This document shows positions 53,270 to 62,767 of a stretch of 64,000 nucleotides of DNA, piece by piece. Made by a program: the position numbers and the translations under genes. The notes beneath the pieces were generated by a model. It was not told the origin of the DNA. It saw only the letters and a program-made list of their open reading frames with translations, and searched no databases. The DNA comes from an uncultured Ignavibacteria bacterium (GTDB lineage Bacteria > Zixibacteria > MSB-5A5 > WJJR01): the NCBI GenBank assembly GCA_964440935.1, contig CAYTTY010000001.1, forward strand, positions 80,933 through 144,932. The letters run 5' to 3'. The stretch's first letter is position 1, and every line of letters starts with the position of its first letter.

Positions 53270-54094
53270 CTAGCCTTTCACCGCCCCCGCGGTAATCCCC
53301 GCAATAATCTGTCTTTGGAAGAAGAGGAACACGATCAGCACTGGAACCGTGGCCATAGTAGACGCAGCGAACAAGTGCGGAAGATCGACCCCCTGATAGC
53401 CCCGAAACATGGCCAAGGCAACGGGCAGTGTGCGCGCCTTTTCATTGGTGAGAATGAACGGGAAGAGAAACGAGTTCCACGTCAACCAGAACACCTGAAC
53501 CGCCAGCACCGCCAGTGTCGGTTTGCAGATAGGCATGACAATGCGGTACACGATCCGCCACGGTCCTGCACCGTCGACACGCGCCGCCTCCTCGACTTCA
53601 ATCGGCACCGATGACACCGCGCTACGCACCAAGAGTACACCGAGCGGCATCACGATGACGGGCAGGATGATCGCTGCAAGGGTGTCGTAAAGGCCGAGTT
53701 GATGGATCAGAATGAACATCGGTACAATCAACACATACTGCGGTACCATCAAAACGATCGCCGACGACGCAAACAAAACTCGTCGTCCGGGAAATCGACG
53801 CCGCGCTAAAGCATATCCCACCGGAAAACACAGCAACAGATTGCCAATCGTTACAATGATCGCAACGACGGCAGAATTGAACAGGTAAAAGCCAAATGGC
53901 ATCGACCCAAACAGATCGACGTAGTTGCCCCACCGTGGCGCATTATCCAACGGGTTGAACCAGCGCGCATCCCAGTGTGGCGATACCGAACCAACCACCA
54001 TCCAGATAAACGGGAGCAGCATCCCGGCTAGGACAATCAGCAGAACAACGGAGAGAGTCTTCTCGCCAGTGGTACGGGGACGATCGTGCCTCAT
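53270..54094 (-). CDS. carbohydrate ABC transporter permease (MalG/UgpE-type)
   Basis: Six transmembrane helices and an EAA loop (EAARVDGAGPWRIVYRIVMP); 274 aa. Confidence 0.85.
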   Translation of the reverse strand: MRHDRPRTTGEKTLSVVLLIVLAGMLLPFIWMVVGSVSPHWDARWFNPLDNAPRWGNYVDLFGSMPFGFYLFNSAVVAIIVTIGNLLLCFPVGYALARRRFPGRRVLFASSAIVLMVPQYVLIVPMFILIHQLGLYDTLAAIILPVIVMPLGVLLVRSAVSSVPIEVEEAARVDGAGPWRIVYRIVMPICKPTLAVLAVQVFWLTWNSFLFPFILTNEKARTLPVALAMFRGYQGVDLPHLFAASTMATVPVLIVFLFFQRQIIAGITAGAVKG

Positions 54095-54987
54095 TCTTCC
54101 GCACCCCGTCCAAATGACAACAACCGAAACTGAACGAGCGAAATCAGGGCGATGACAATAAACAACAAATAGGCCGCGGCCGATGCGTATCCCATGTCAA
54201 AACGCTCGAATCCCGACGTGTAAACATGATATACGACAGTCGTCGTCGACCCGACCGGCCCGCCCTGTGTCATTACGAAGATCTCGGTGAAGATCTGGAA
54301 ACTCTTGATCAGGTTGATCACGACCGCGTAGAGCAACATCGGCCGCAGGTACGGCCACGTGATCGCCCAGAACCGCTGCCAGGCATTGGCGCCGTGGGTC
54401 AACGCATCATCGATCAAATCCTGTGGAATGGTCTGCAACCCCGCCAGAAACAAAAGCGCGTAGTAGCCGATCGACACCCACACGTCCATGACCATCACCG
54501 CCAGCAGCGCGGTTGATTCCGAGAGCAGAAACCCCTGCTCCGGGACCGGAATGCCGATCATTTGCGCCAGGCGATACAGATATCCATTTTGGCCGTACAA
54601 CTGGAGAAATACCAGTGCGACGACCACTGTCGCCGTTAGTGTCGGTGCGAAAAAGCCGGCACGGAACAACGCCCGTCCCCAGATACGGCGGTTCAGCGCT
54701 AATGCAACGACGATGGCAATCGCGGTTGTAACCGGAACCGTTCCCGCCGCAAAGAATACGGTGTGCCCGAGTGCACTCCAGAATTCACTGTTGTTGAGCA
54801 CGGCTGCGAAGTTTGCCAGTCCGACCCACGTCCACTCACCGGAGAACACATCGCGCCGTGCAAAGGCGAGGGCCAAAGCATAGAGAAGAGGATACAGCCA
54901 GAAGACGCCGAGCACAATCGTCCATGGCAATGACAACACGACGCCCGACCAGTCGCGCCGGGTGTCGTGGGAGTCAGGTATGGACAT
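54091..54987 (-). CDS. carbohydrate ABC transporter permease (MalF/UgpA-type)
   Basis: EAA-like loop IDDALTHGANAWQRFWAITWPYLRP; six transmembrane helices. The stop overlaps the downstream permease start (ATGA). Confidence 0.85.
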   Translation of the reverse strand: MSIPDSHDTRRDWSGVVLSLPWTIVLGVFWLYPLLYALALAFARRDVFSGEWTWVGLANFAAVLNNSEFWSALGHTVFFAAGTVPVTTAIAIVVALALNRRIWGRALFRAGFFAPTLTATVVVALVFLQLYGQNGYLYRLAQMIGIPVPEQGFLLSESTALLAVMVMDVWVSIGYYALLFLAGLQTIPQDLIDDALTHGANAWQRFWAITWPYLRPMLLYAVVINLIKSFQIFTEIFVMTQGGPVGSTTTVVYHVYTSGFERFDMGYASAAAYLLFIVIALISLVQFRLLSFGRGAEE

Positions 54988-55010
54988 ATCCGTCGTTAGC
55001 GAAGAAGTTG

Positions 55011-56300
55011 CTACTTCTCCAAGATGTCATTAATGCGGTCGCAGGTTTCGGCCATGGCTGAGGGAGGATCCAACTTTTCGTACAAGGCCTGCTCAATACC
55101 CCATTCGAGTTCCTTTTCAATGTCAACCCAGTCGGGGTGCACCGGTGGTGATTGCGCGCTCAGCATCTGCCGCATAAACACGCGACGCACCGGATGCTCA
55201 TAGAAGTAGGGATTGTTTCCGGTCTCGATATGGACCGGAGTGGCACACCCGGTGGCGATACACAGGTTGAAAACGTGTTTCGGTTTGAGCAGATGACGCG
55301 CCAGCTTGATCGCGCCCAGCGGTTCTCGTGCGGCCCGTGGAATCGCCAGATACTCGCCACCGGCAAAGGAGACCGAGCCACCGTGGTCGACACTCGGCTG
55401 CGGGAGCATATGCACCGAGTAGCGAAAGTCGGCAATGTCGGCTTCATCGATCCGCCGATACAGCCAATCCCCGCTCAGATGGAAGAGCAGCTCGCCAGAC
55501 ATGAACATATTGTCCAGGACCGCTTGTTTTTCAACGATACCGAATTGCTTCAGATCGACAAAGAACTCCAGTGCTTCAATGGCCTCGGGCATCACCAGAG
55601 CGCACTGATCGCCGAGGAGGCTGTCGGGTTCGAGGATGTCCGCCTCATTCGACCACAGATAGGGGAGAAAGGCCTTGTAGAGCCGATGCCGTTCGGCCGC
55701 GTTGATGCCGTAGCCGTAAAACTGCGGTTTATGACGGTTGGCAAAACGCGACCACAGTTTCAATTCACCCCATGTGACTGGTGGACGGTTTGGCCGGAGG
55801 CCCACGACCTCCGCGATCACATCATTCTGGTATAGAACACGTGTGGAGAGATACCACGGTAACGCCCAACAGCTCCCTCGGTAGATGCTTGGTGGCCAGC
55901 CGATGTATTCGGGTTGCAGGCGGGCGTACTCTGACGACAGATCGGTCAGTGCACCCGGTGCTGCGAACTCGGCGATCCAATCCGATCCCACCTCGAGCAA
56001 GTCGGGTGCCTCATTGCCGGCAAACGCGGCCACGATCTTCTGATGTCCGTCGTTCCACGTCAGGTCGGTGATCTCGACTTCGTATTCGGGATTTTCGCTC
56101 TCGAATTCCTCGACCGCCTTGATGATGACGTCTTTGACCTTCGGATCGGTCCAGAACTGCCAGAAGCGAACGATCGTCCGTCCGTCTGAGGTTCGCTGAT
56201 TGTCGCCACTGCCACACCCGCCAAAGACAAGCACGACCGCTGCCAAGCAGAGGACAGTCAGACGACAGACGATTGCTGTGTGTGATTTGGTCATATCCAT
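55011..56300 (-). CDS. ABC transporter extracellular solute-binding protein (family 1, sugar-type) lipoprotein
   Basis: Signal peptide with lipobox (LVFGGCGS). ~430 aa, typical of MalE/UgpB-like solute-binding proteins. First gene of the SBP-permease-permease operon. Confidence 0.8.
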   Translation of the reverse strand: MDMTKSHTAIVCRLTVLCLAAVVLVFGGCGSGDNQRTSDGRTIVRFWQFWTDPKVKDVIIKAVEEFESENPEYEVEITDLTWNDGHQKIVAAFAGNEAPDLLEVGSDWIAEFAAPGALTDLSSEYARLQPEYIGWPPSIYRGSCWALPWYLSTRVLYQNDVIAEVVGLRPNRPPVTWGELKLWSRFANRHKPQFYGYGINAAERHRLYKAFLPYLWSNEADILEPDSLLGDQCALVMPEAIEALEFFVDLKQFGIVEKQAVLDNMFMSGELLFHLSGDWLYRRIDEADIADFRYSVHMLPQPSVDHGGSVSFAGGEYLAIPRAAREPLGAIKLARHLLKPKHVFNLCIATGCATPVHIETGNNPYFYEHPVRRVFMRQMLSAQSPPVHPDWVDIEKELEWGIEQALYEKLDPPSAMAETCDRINDILEK

Positions 56301-56309
56301 AACGCTAAA

Positions 56310-56345
56310 CAGCCCGCCTTTGGGCGGGCTGTCAAGTAACTAACG
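56310..56345 (-). terminator. hairpin between the LTXXQ gene and the ABC operon (possible terminator/attenuator)
   Basis: CAGCCCGCC-TTTG-GGCGGGCTG perfect 9-bp stem, followed on the minus strand by TTTAGCGTT. Confidence 0.4.
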
Positions 56346-56481
56346 ATGTGCAGATCAAAGTAGAGGGCGGTTTGGAGAATCATAGGTGATGGTGAGTGTA
56401 TGCATTCCTTTCGTTTTCATATCCGCGTCAGGACCATCCGCTACTACTTGCGTCCCAAACACACGGTCCGCAAACCCCAGG

Positions 56482-57567
56482 TTAGTGGGGTCCGCGGCGT
56501 CCGTGTGGACCAGACGGAAGGAGGTCCGTCATTGCCTCGAAAACAGCCTGTTGCTCGTCGTTTAGAATGGCTACGATTGCGTCGTGCGTGTCCTCACGAA
56601 TCTGCTCGACCTGTTCACGCCTGGCCTCACGATCGGGACGTTGATCGCCGATGCCGTCGTGCAGGTCCTGCATGTGGTCATGTGTCGTCGCCAGAATGGT
56701 CTCAAGCTGTGAGACCTGTGCATTGCTGAGATCCAGAGCTGCAGTCAAGAGTTCCACGCGGGCGTCGTGGCGCTCGATCATACCGTCCTGCATGTGTTCC
56801 CGACGTTCCTCGCGCCGCTCCTGACGATTGGCTTCGAGCTGCTGGAGTTGGTTGGGTGTGAGGATGGCTTCAACGCTTTCGCGCATCTGCTCGCGAAGAG
56901 CGACCGCTTCCTCGGACCGTCCGAAGCCGCGTTCACCGCCATATTGCTCGCGCAGTGCCTGCATGGCCTCGCGGTGCTCTTCGCGCAGTTCGGCTAACTG
57001 TGTTCGCTGCGCTTCAGTCGGATCCAGCTCGGCAAACATCTCTTGGCCGGACCCACGATGTCCTCGGAACCCGCGTCCGCCACGACGCCCATCGGTGCGG
57101 TCGGTCCACTGTTCCCGCGCCTGCATCCGCATGGTTTCATGCTGATCTTTGATGACTTCAAGCAACGCGACCATCTGATCGGCGTCGAGGATTTCGGCGC
57201 TCTCTTTGAGCAACGTATGGAGCGGACGGTCACCGGCGGGGCGTCCGCGAAAACCACGTTCGCCATCTTCACGCGCCTGTTGACGCTTCGCCCGGCGGCT
57301 GTCGACCGCGCGGTTGTAACGATCCAGCGCCGATTGCATCAGATTTTCCTGATCACTTTTCAGGCTGACTTTGGCCTGGACGGCGCTCAGCGTAATCGGT
57401 TCGATGAACGTGCCGTCATCGGTCGAGGCCGTCAGGTTCGACCCTTGTGTGCTGGTATCGCCCGACTGGCATCCGACCAGTCCGAATGCGAAGAGGGCGA
57501 CGCCGAGGATCAGGATACTGCCGATCATTTGCGTGCGGCGTTTCGGTGTCATTGTTGGTGTCTTCAT
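56482..57567 (-). CDS. periplasmic LTXXQ-motif protein (Spy/CpxP/ZraP family-like), lipoprotein
   Basis: Start at ATG 57567 (rc) with an AGGAGG Shine-Dalgarno; the track begins 57681. Lipobox LVGC. Repeated LxxxQ-type helices (LDADQMVALL, LDPTEAQRTQLAEL, LTPNQLQQL). Highly charged, low-complexity and helical. Confidence 0.65.
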   Translation of the reverse strand: MKTPTMTPKRRTQMIGSILILGVALFAFGLVGCQSGDTSTQGSNLTASTDDGTFIEPITLSAVQAKVSLKSDQENLMQSALDRYNRAVDSRRAKRQQAREDGERGFRGRPAGDRPLHTLLKESAEILDADQMVALLEVIKDQHETMRMQAREQWTDRTDGRRGGRGFRGHRGSGQEMFAELDPTEAQRTQLAELREEHREAMQALREQYGGERGFGRSEEAVALREQMRESVEAILTPNQLQQLEANRQERREERREHMQDGMIERHDARVELLTAALDLSNAQVSQLETILATTHDHMQDLHDGIGDQRPDREARREQVEQIREDTHDAIVAILNDEQQAVFEAMTDLLPSGPHGRRGPH

Positions 57568-57632
57568 CGTGTAGTCCTCCTGAAGCTGATTGCTATAGCT
57601 CGTTATCGTGTATTCCCTGCCTGAATTCTCGA

Positions 57633-58454
57633 CTAGTTCAGTTCGGACATCGGCTCGACGGCGAGTTCGACTTTCGTCCATTGGTTTAGCGGCTCGGGCC
57701 GTTCGGGACGATTGCGGCCGCGTCGGCCAAAGCCACCGGCGCCACCGAATCGACCGTCTCGTCCACGCATGCCTTCGCGTGTCTTCACCAGTGGCTCACG
57801 ATCAAATTCGGGTTTAGGCGTCTCGAAGCCGATTCCGATGTCGCCGCCCGGATTCGTTCCAATTGCGTAGAGATGTTCTTCACTGTAGAAGAGTGGCACC
57901 TTCAACTCGTAGACTAGCCGCCTGTTTTCAATCATCAGTTGCGCGCTGATGTCCGCCCGGGCGCCGGTCTGGATGCGCTGAATGACCTCGCCTTGTTCAT
58001 CCAGCAACTCCATTCCCGGCGCCAGCGAGTCGGACAACACAGTGAGATCGTTACGATCCGGACGTTTTCCCGTGAATCGTCGAAGTGATCCGCTACCCAC
58101 AAGTCCCACCGGATAGCGGACACCAAATTCCTTATCATCGCCGCCGTCGGGATCGAACCATATGATCAGGCCAAGCCCCATGATCTGACGAATGGCCGTC
58201 TCATCAGTGGTGGCCAAATGAACATAGATGAATTCGTCATCATTCCGAACCGCGATCCCGACTTTGGTGTCATCGAGGTGGATTTTCGCCTGAGCCCACT
58301 CCGATTCCGCGCCGTCAATAACGACGGAGTCGGAATTCCACTGACTGGTGATTTCCGGTTCGCCGCTGTGTGCCGTCGTCACGTAGAGGCCGCAGACAAG
58401 AATCGCGACCAGGCCGCTGGTGATTCGCTTGGTTGTGTCAGTCCGTGCCAACAT
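57633..58454 (-). CDS. hypothetical secreted protein
   Basis: Signal peptide (VAILVCGLYVTTAHS). Gly/Arg-rich C-terminal tail. Between the HK and the LTXXQ protein on the same strand. Confidence 0.45.
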   Translation of the reverse strand: MLARTDTTKRITSGLVAILVCGLYVTTAHSGEPEITSQWNSDSVVIDGAESEWAQAKIHLDDTKVGIAVRNDDEFIYVHLATTDETAIRQIMGLGLIIWFDPDGGDDKEFGVRYPVGLVGSGSLRRFTGKRPDRNDLTVLSDSLAPGMELLDEQGEVIQRIQTGARADISAQLMIENRRLVYELKVPLFYSEEHLYAIGTNPGGDIGIGFETPKPEFDREPLVKTREGMRGRDGRFGGAGGFGRRGRNRPERPEPLNQWTKVELAVEPMSELN

Positions 58455-58595
58455 TTCCTGCCCTCCATGAGCGCTCGGTCTCCGTCGCTCTCACAAGGGA
58501 ATACCTTTGAGATGTGGTAGAAATGTTGCAGAGGGATGGAATTGTGCGATTGGGCTCAGAATTCGATGTGGATGACCCTGCGTCGCCCGGACCTC

Positions 58596-58632
58596 CCGCC
58601 CGCGCGGCATGGCCGAGACGGCCATGCTACGA
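58596..58632. repeat. REP-like palindromic element (second copy of the one at 53100-53160)
   Basis: GCGGCATGGCC-GAGAC-GGCCATGCTACG with a perfect 8-bp stem. 53108-53157 carries the same termini (GCGGCATGGCC...GACGGCCATGCTACG) with an internal insertion. Confidence 0.5.
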
Positions 58633-58642
58633 GAGTGGGCTC

Positions 58643-60106
58643 TTACCGTGGCAACTCATTGCCCTTAGGCAGTTCGACAGAAATCACCGCCCCCGACGGT
58701 TCCTGATTCGCGGCCCAAACAGATCCACCATGCTGCTGCGCGATCTCTTTGACGATGGCCAGTCCCAGTCCTGTCCCTGAATCGGAACGCGCTGGATCGG
58801 CACGGTAAAACCGGTCGAAAATGTGGGGAAGGTCATCATCACGAAAACCCGAACCGTCGTCGGCTACGGTCAGCCTGTATCGGTCCGGTGAAGGCACATC
58901 AATGCTGACCGTGACCGATCCACCAGATGGCACATATCGCAGCGAATTGATCAGCAGATTTTCGAACATCTGTTCGAGCCGACGACCGTCGGCGATGATC
59001 CAGGCTTCCTGATCCGGTGTCGGACCATCGATCTGCAATCCGGCTTTCTCAAAGCGTGGACGGTAGCGGCCGATCGTGTTGCGACATAACGCCGCCCAAT
59101 CAAGCGATTCGGGAGAGAGGGCCGCCGACCCCGACTCCAACCGAGCCAACTCGAGCAGATCATTCACGAGCAAGCCCATCCGTTGCGATTCATCGAGGAT
59201 ATTCGACAGATACTGACGTCGTTCATCATCCGAAATCGGTATGTCGGGCCGCTGTAAGGTCTCCGCATATCCACGAATCGATGTCAGCGGTGTCGAAAGT
59301 TCGTGCGAGATATCGGCCAGCAGTTGGCGACGTTGCTTATCCATCCGTTCGACGCGCTCCCGGGATTGCGCCAGGCTCTCTGTCATACGATTGAGCTGCT
59401 CACCGACACGGTCGATTTCGTCTCGTCCGGAGTGTTCCACCCGGACACTCAAGTCACCCTCAGCCACCTGCAAGGCCAGATGTTCGAGCGCGCGAATCCG
59501 TCGGAGCAGATAACGGAAGATGATGAATCCACCGGCGCCGGCGAGGACGATCGCCACCGGCAGGATAAACAGGATGTGCCACGGCGAGTGCTGGCGGCGT
59601 AAAGAGATGCCGCGTCGGGGTGACATGGCCACCACTTCACCAATGACGCCTTCAGTGGTCTCAACAGGCATGACCGCTGTCATCAGCCGCTTGTCGGATT
59701 GGATTTCCCAGAGACGGCGTCCCCAGCGCCGCCCGCGCGTTGAGTCCTGGCCCTCGTCGGGTGGTGCGAGACCGGGCGGCGGGTTCATCCGGTTAAACGG
59801 ACCGGGACGACTCGCGACAATCTCGCCATCAGTGCCGCGAAAGGTCAGACGGGCACCCGATTCGATTGACGAATACTCGCGTAAGATCTCGCGGATCTGG
59901 CCCTGCGTAGGATTGCCCGGAAGCGAAGCCAGTTCGCGAGCGGCATCGCGCGCCAAGTCCTCCAGCGTGCTTTGCTGCAAACGATCGGCGATCGGCCGTA
60001 GAATGGTGACAGCGAAGACACCCTGGACAATGGTGGCGACGACCAGAACCAGCAGGAAGACGCCGGCGAAGGTCCACAGCAAGCTGCGGGGACGCAATCG
60101 CTTCAT
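58643..60106 (-). CDS. sensor histidine kinase (TM-periplasmic-TM-HAMP-HisKA-HATPase)
   Basis: H-box ADISHELSTPLTSIRG; N box LINSLRY; G boxes DDGSGF and GTGLGLAIV; 487 aa. Confidence 0.85.
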   Translation of the reverse strand: MKRLRPRSLLWTFAGVFLLVLVVATIVQGVFAVTILRPIADRLQQSTLEDLARDAARELASLPGNPTQGQIREILREYSSIESGARLTFRGTDGEIVASRPGPFNRMNPPPGLAPPDEGQDSTRGRRWGRRLWEIQSDKRLMTAVMPVETTEGVIGEVVAMSPRRGISLRRQHSPWHILFILPVAIVLAGAGGFIIFRYLLRRIRALEHLALQVAEGDLSVRVEHSGRDEIDRVGEQLNRMTESLAQSRERVERMDKQRRQLLADISHELSTPLTSIRGYAETLQRPDIPISDDERRQYLSNILDESQRMGLLVNDLLELARLESGSAALSPESLDWAALCRNTIGRYRPRFEKAGLQIDGPTPDQEAWIIADGRRLEQMFENLLINSLRYVPSGGSVTVSIDVPSPDRYRLTVADDGSGFRDDDLPHIFDRFYRADPARSDSGTGLGLAIVKEIAQQHGGSVWAANQEPSGAVISVELPKGNELPR

Positions 60107-60789
60107 TCACTTGCCTCCGTGAATCGATAACCGGCGCCCCAGACCGTTTGAATGTAGCGCGGATGGGACGCATCGGTCTCGAGATGTTTTCGCAGGCGGC
60201 TGATCAGACTATCGATGGAACGTGGATCGACCACCCGATCTTCACCCCAGACCTGTTCCATCAGGGCCTCCCGCGAGTACACGCGCCCGGCATGCGACGC
60301 CATGAAGTAGAGCAAGTCGAATTCGAGTGATGTCAGTTCGACCGGCTGTCCATTGCGCATCACGACGCGGCGCGACGGATCGATGGTCAACGGACCGCGG
60401 GTCAGCGGCTCCTTACGTGAGACCGATGTTGTTCGCCTCAGCAGCGCGCGGACACGTGCCACCAGCTCGAGGGTACTGAATGGCTTGGTGAGATAGTCGT
60501 CCGCGCCGATTTCAAATCCAAGTACCTTGTCGCCTTCGCTGGAGCGGGCCGTGAGCATCAGGATGGGGAGATCGCTGTCGCGACGAATCTGTCGGGTGAG
60601 TTCGATCCCGTCCATATGCGGCATCATGACATCCAGCACCAGCAACCGGGGACGCTGCCGTTGCACCTCATGCAAGGCGGTCAATCCATCGTGAACCTGT
60701 CGGCACGAGAACCCGGCTGCTTCGAGGTTCTTAGCCACCAGTTCGGCAATCTTGCGGTCATCTTCGGCAATGAGAATGTCCAGGCTCAT
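60103..60789 (-). CDS. OmpR-family response regulator (receiver + winged-helix DNA-binding domain)
   Basis: ILIAEDD, LLVLDVMMPHMDG and KP receiver motifs. C-terminal winged helix (...YIQTVWGAGYRF). Overlaps the HK by 4 nt. Confidence 0.9.
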   Translation of the reverse strand: MSLDILIAEDDRKIAELVAKNLEAAGFSCRQVHDGLTALHEVQRQRPRLLVLDVMMPHMDGIELTRQIRRDSDLPILMLTARSSEGDKVLGFEIGADDYLTKPFSTLELVARVRALLRRTTSVSRKEPLTRGPLTIDPSRRVVMRNGQPVELTSLEFDLLYFMASHAGRVYSREALMEQVWGEDRVVDPRSIDSLISRLRKHLETDASHPRYIQTVWGAGYRFTEASE

Positions 60790-60884
60790 AACATACGCTC
60801 GCTGGAAATCGGCATCCTGTCAAGCAGATCGAATCGACTCGCGTGATTCACACGTCCCCTGACTCCTCAACGAGGGGTGCCCCA

Positions 60885-60921
60885 CCCTAACCGGAAGCCA
60901 TTACATGGCTTCCGGTTAGGG
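60885..60921. other. perfect 15-bp stem hairpin in the regulator upstream region
   Basis: CCCTAACCGGAAGCC-ATTACAT-GGCTTCCGGTTAGGG. No U-tract on either strand. Preceded by a second small hairpin (CCCCTG...GAGGGG). Confidence 0.5.
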
Positions 60922-61196
60922 TGAGATACGGCCCCGATGGTCCGACCGTGTTTCGGCGGATGCGCGGTCGGATAACATGGAATGGTTACCAAGATCTAAC
61001 CTCTGTTGTAACCTGTTGTGTTAACTTGGCAAAAGCGCATCCGCCCTACGTATAGGGCCCGCTGAGCCTGGATACTGTAACTCGATTCCCCTTCCACAAC
61101 CCAAATCACCCGTTGCGTTTTCCGCCAAATCAACGTACAATGGTCGGTCTTTTTGACCGACGATTCTGACAGAGACAAACCAAGGTGAGATGACCG

Positions 61197-61397
61197 ATGG
61201 CCAAACGTTGCAGCATAACAGGAAAACATCCGGTGGCGGGGAATAATGTCTCCCACGCCAACAATAAGACGAAACGTCGTTTCAATCCCAATCTCGTGTC
61301 CAAGCGCATTTGGAACCCGACGCAGAAGCGCTGGGTGCGTATGCGCATTTCGACCAAGGCTCTGAAGACGCTTGATAAGAAGGGTTGGGTGCGATAA
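61197..61397 (+). CDS. rpmB: 50S ribosomal protein L28
   Basis: MAKRCSITGKHPVAGNNVSHANNKTKRRFNPNL...; 66 aa; canonical L28 sequence. Confidence 0.9.
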   Translation: MAKRCSITGKHPVAGNNVSHANNKTKRRFNPNLVSKRIWNPTQKRWVRMRISTKALKTLDKKGWVR

Positions 61398-61423
61398 CCC
61401 GACCGGCTGGCTTCGATGGAAAT

Positions 61424-61455
61424 GAAAAAGCCCCGCCATTGGCGGGGCTTTTTCT
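61424..61455. terminator. bidirectional Rho-independent terminator (rpmB / cytochrome convergent pair)
   Basis: AAAAAGCCCCGCC-ATT-GGCGGGGCTTTTT: an A-tract, a 9-bp GC stem and a T-tract. Confidence 0.85.
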
Positions 61456-61476
61456 GTTCTACCTGAATGTGTCAGA

Positions 61477-62544
61477 CTACCGGTCGCTCTTCATGGTTTG
61501 AATGTTGGCCAATCCCGCGATGCCCTCCTGGGAATTGACGAAGTCCTGTGTCCGCTCCAGAACCGCCTCGGCGTACGCCGGATTGTGCACACCGTAGCTT
61601 TGATCCTCGAGGAGCATCAAATAGTTCCAGATTGCACCGAGCTCGTCGGCAGAGCGCTGCACCCCCGGTATGATATGATCGTGATCGTCGATCCAGCCAA
61701 GAGCGATCAAATCATCACGCAACGCTTCAAGGTCGTCGGTAAAGGGACCCTGATAGTCGCGTGTGAAGGTTGTTCCGTCCGTTGCCGAGCCGAAATTGTG
61801 GCAGGTGCATCCGGGGATATTCACGCGTTCGGAACCGCGATAGTTGTAAACAATTTTGTAGGTGTGTCCGCCCGCCAGAGCATTCTCCGGAACGCCGGCC
61901 ATGTGGCAGGTGACGCATCCGTTGCTGATCGCATTATTGTGCGCCGCGTCGGATGGATACGCACCCTGGCCGAACTCGTACGCCCCTTGCCCACTGAGAA
62001 TATTGGTCTGTGGACCGTGGTGCGGTCCCCAGTACGGGCTTTGGACAATCTCGCCATCGTTGAAACCGGGGGAGGGATTGCGAACCTGGTGGCACACCGC
62101 GCACTCGTTACTGGTGCCCTTATCGTACGTGCCACCCTGATTCACCAGCACTGCGCCTTCTTGCCGTAAACTGAAGTTTTCGCGGGTGTGTGGCGCGTGA
62201 CAGGTGAAGCAACCGATACGCGACGAGAATTCCACCGGGATGGCCTCGCCGGTGTTCACGTAGTGTTGATGTCCCTCGTTCGTGTGACAGCGTGAACACT
62301 CGGGGGTAATGTCATCGCCACGACGAAGATAGGTGTCGCCGGTGTTGTGTTTCGAGTCTTCAAACTCCGTTTGGAAAGGTGCGAGTAACACCGCCAATTC
62401 ATCATCATACTGATCGGTATGGCAGTTCATGCATGATGCGGTCCCGGCCGGCCCCTGGGGACCCTGATCGCCTTCGCATCCTGTCAATCCGACTGCCAAG
62501 ATGGCCATTGCCAGCATCATCCATCCCAGTGCAATCTTTTTCAT
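61477..62544 (-). CDS. multihaem c-type cytochrome lipoprotein (five canonical CxxCH sites)
   Basis: Lipobox LTGCEG. Haem-binding motifs CMNCH, CSRCH, CFTCH, CAVCH and CVTCH, plus a non-canonical CTCH. 355 aa. Confidence 0.8.
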   Translation of the reverse strand: MKKIALGWMMLAMAILAVGLTGCEGDQGPQGPAGTASCMNCHTDQYDDELAVLLAPFQTEFEDSKHNTGDTYLRRGDDITPECSRCHTNEGHQHYVNTGEAIPVEFSSRIGCFTCHAPHTRENFSLRQEGAVLVNQGGTYDKGTSNECAVCHQVRNPSPGFNDGEIVQSPYWGPHHGPQTNILSGQGAYEFGQGAYPSDAAHNNAISNGCVTCHMAGVPENALAGGHTYKIVYNYRGSERVNIPGCTCHNFGSATDGTTFTRDYQGPFTDDLEALRDDLIALGWIDDHDHIIPGVQRSADELGAIWNYLMLLEDQSYGVHNPAYAEAVLERTQDFVNSQEGIAGLANIQTMKSDR

Positions 62545-62767
62545 CTGTTCCCTCCTATCAACACTCCTTGTCCATTGCTTCCATGATTGCGCATATGTTC
62601 ACAAACTTACTCCACTTTCATCATCATCGGCACGCTTGTCAAGGAAATACACCTTTAATCAGGTCTGGTTTTGCCCGCTTTTGACAACCCTAAGTTGAAA
62701 GGCGCGTTCAAAATAGGCGCATCTTGAACGTGCCGAATAAGTTGTCACTGTAATGTCAGTGAAGCGG

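Noticed and set aside
62133-62147. Sixth haem-binding site in the cytochrome (GCTCH)
   Set aside because: It is CxCH, not CxxCH. Counted as non-canonical; the protein is called pentahaem.
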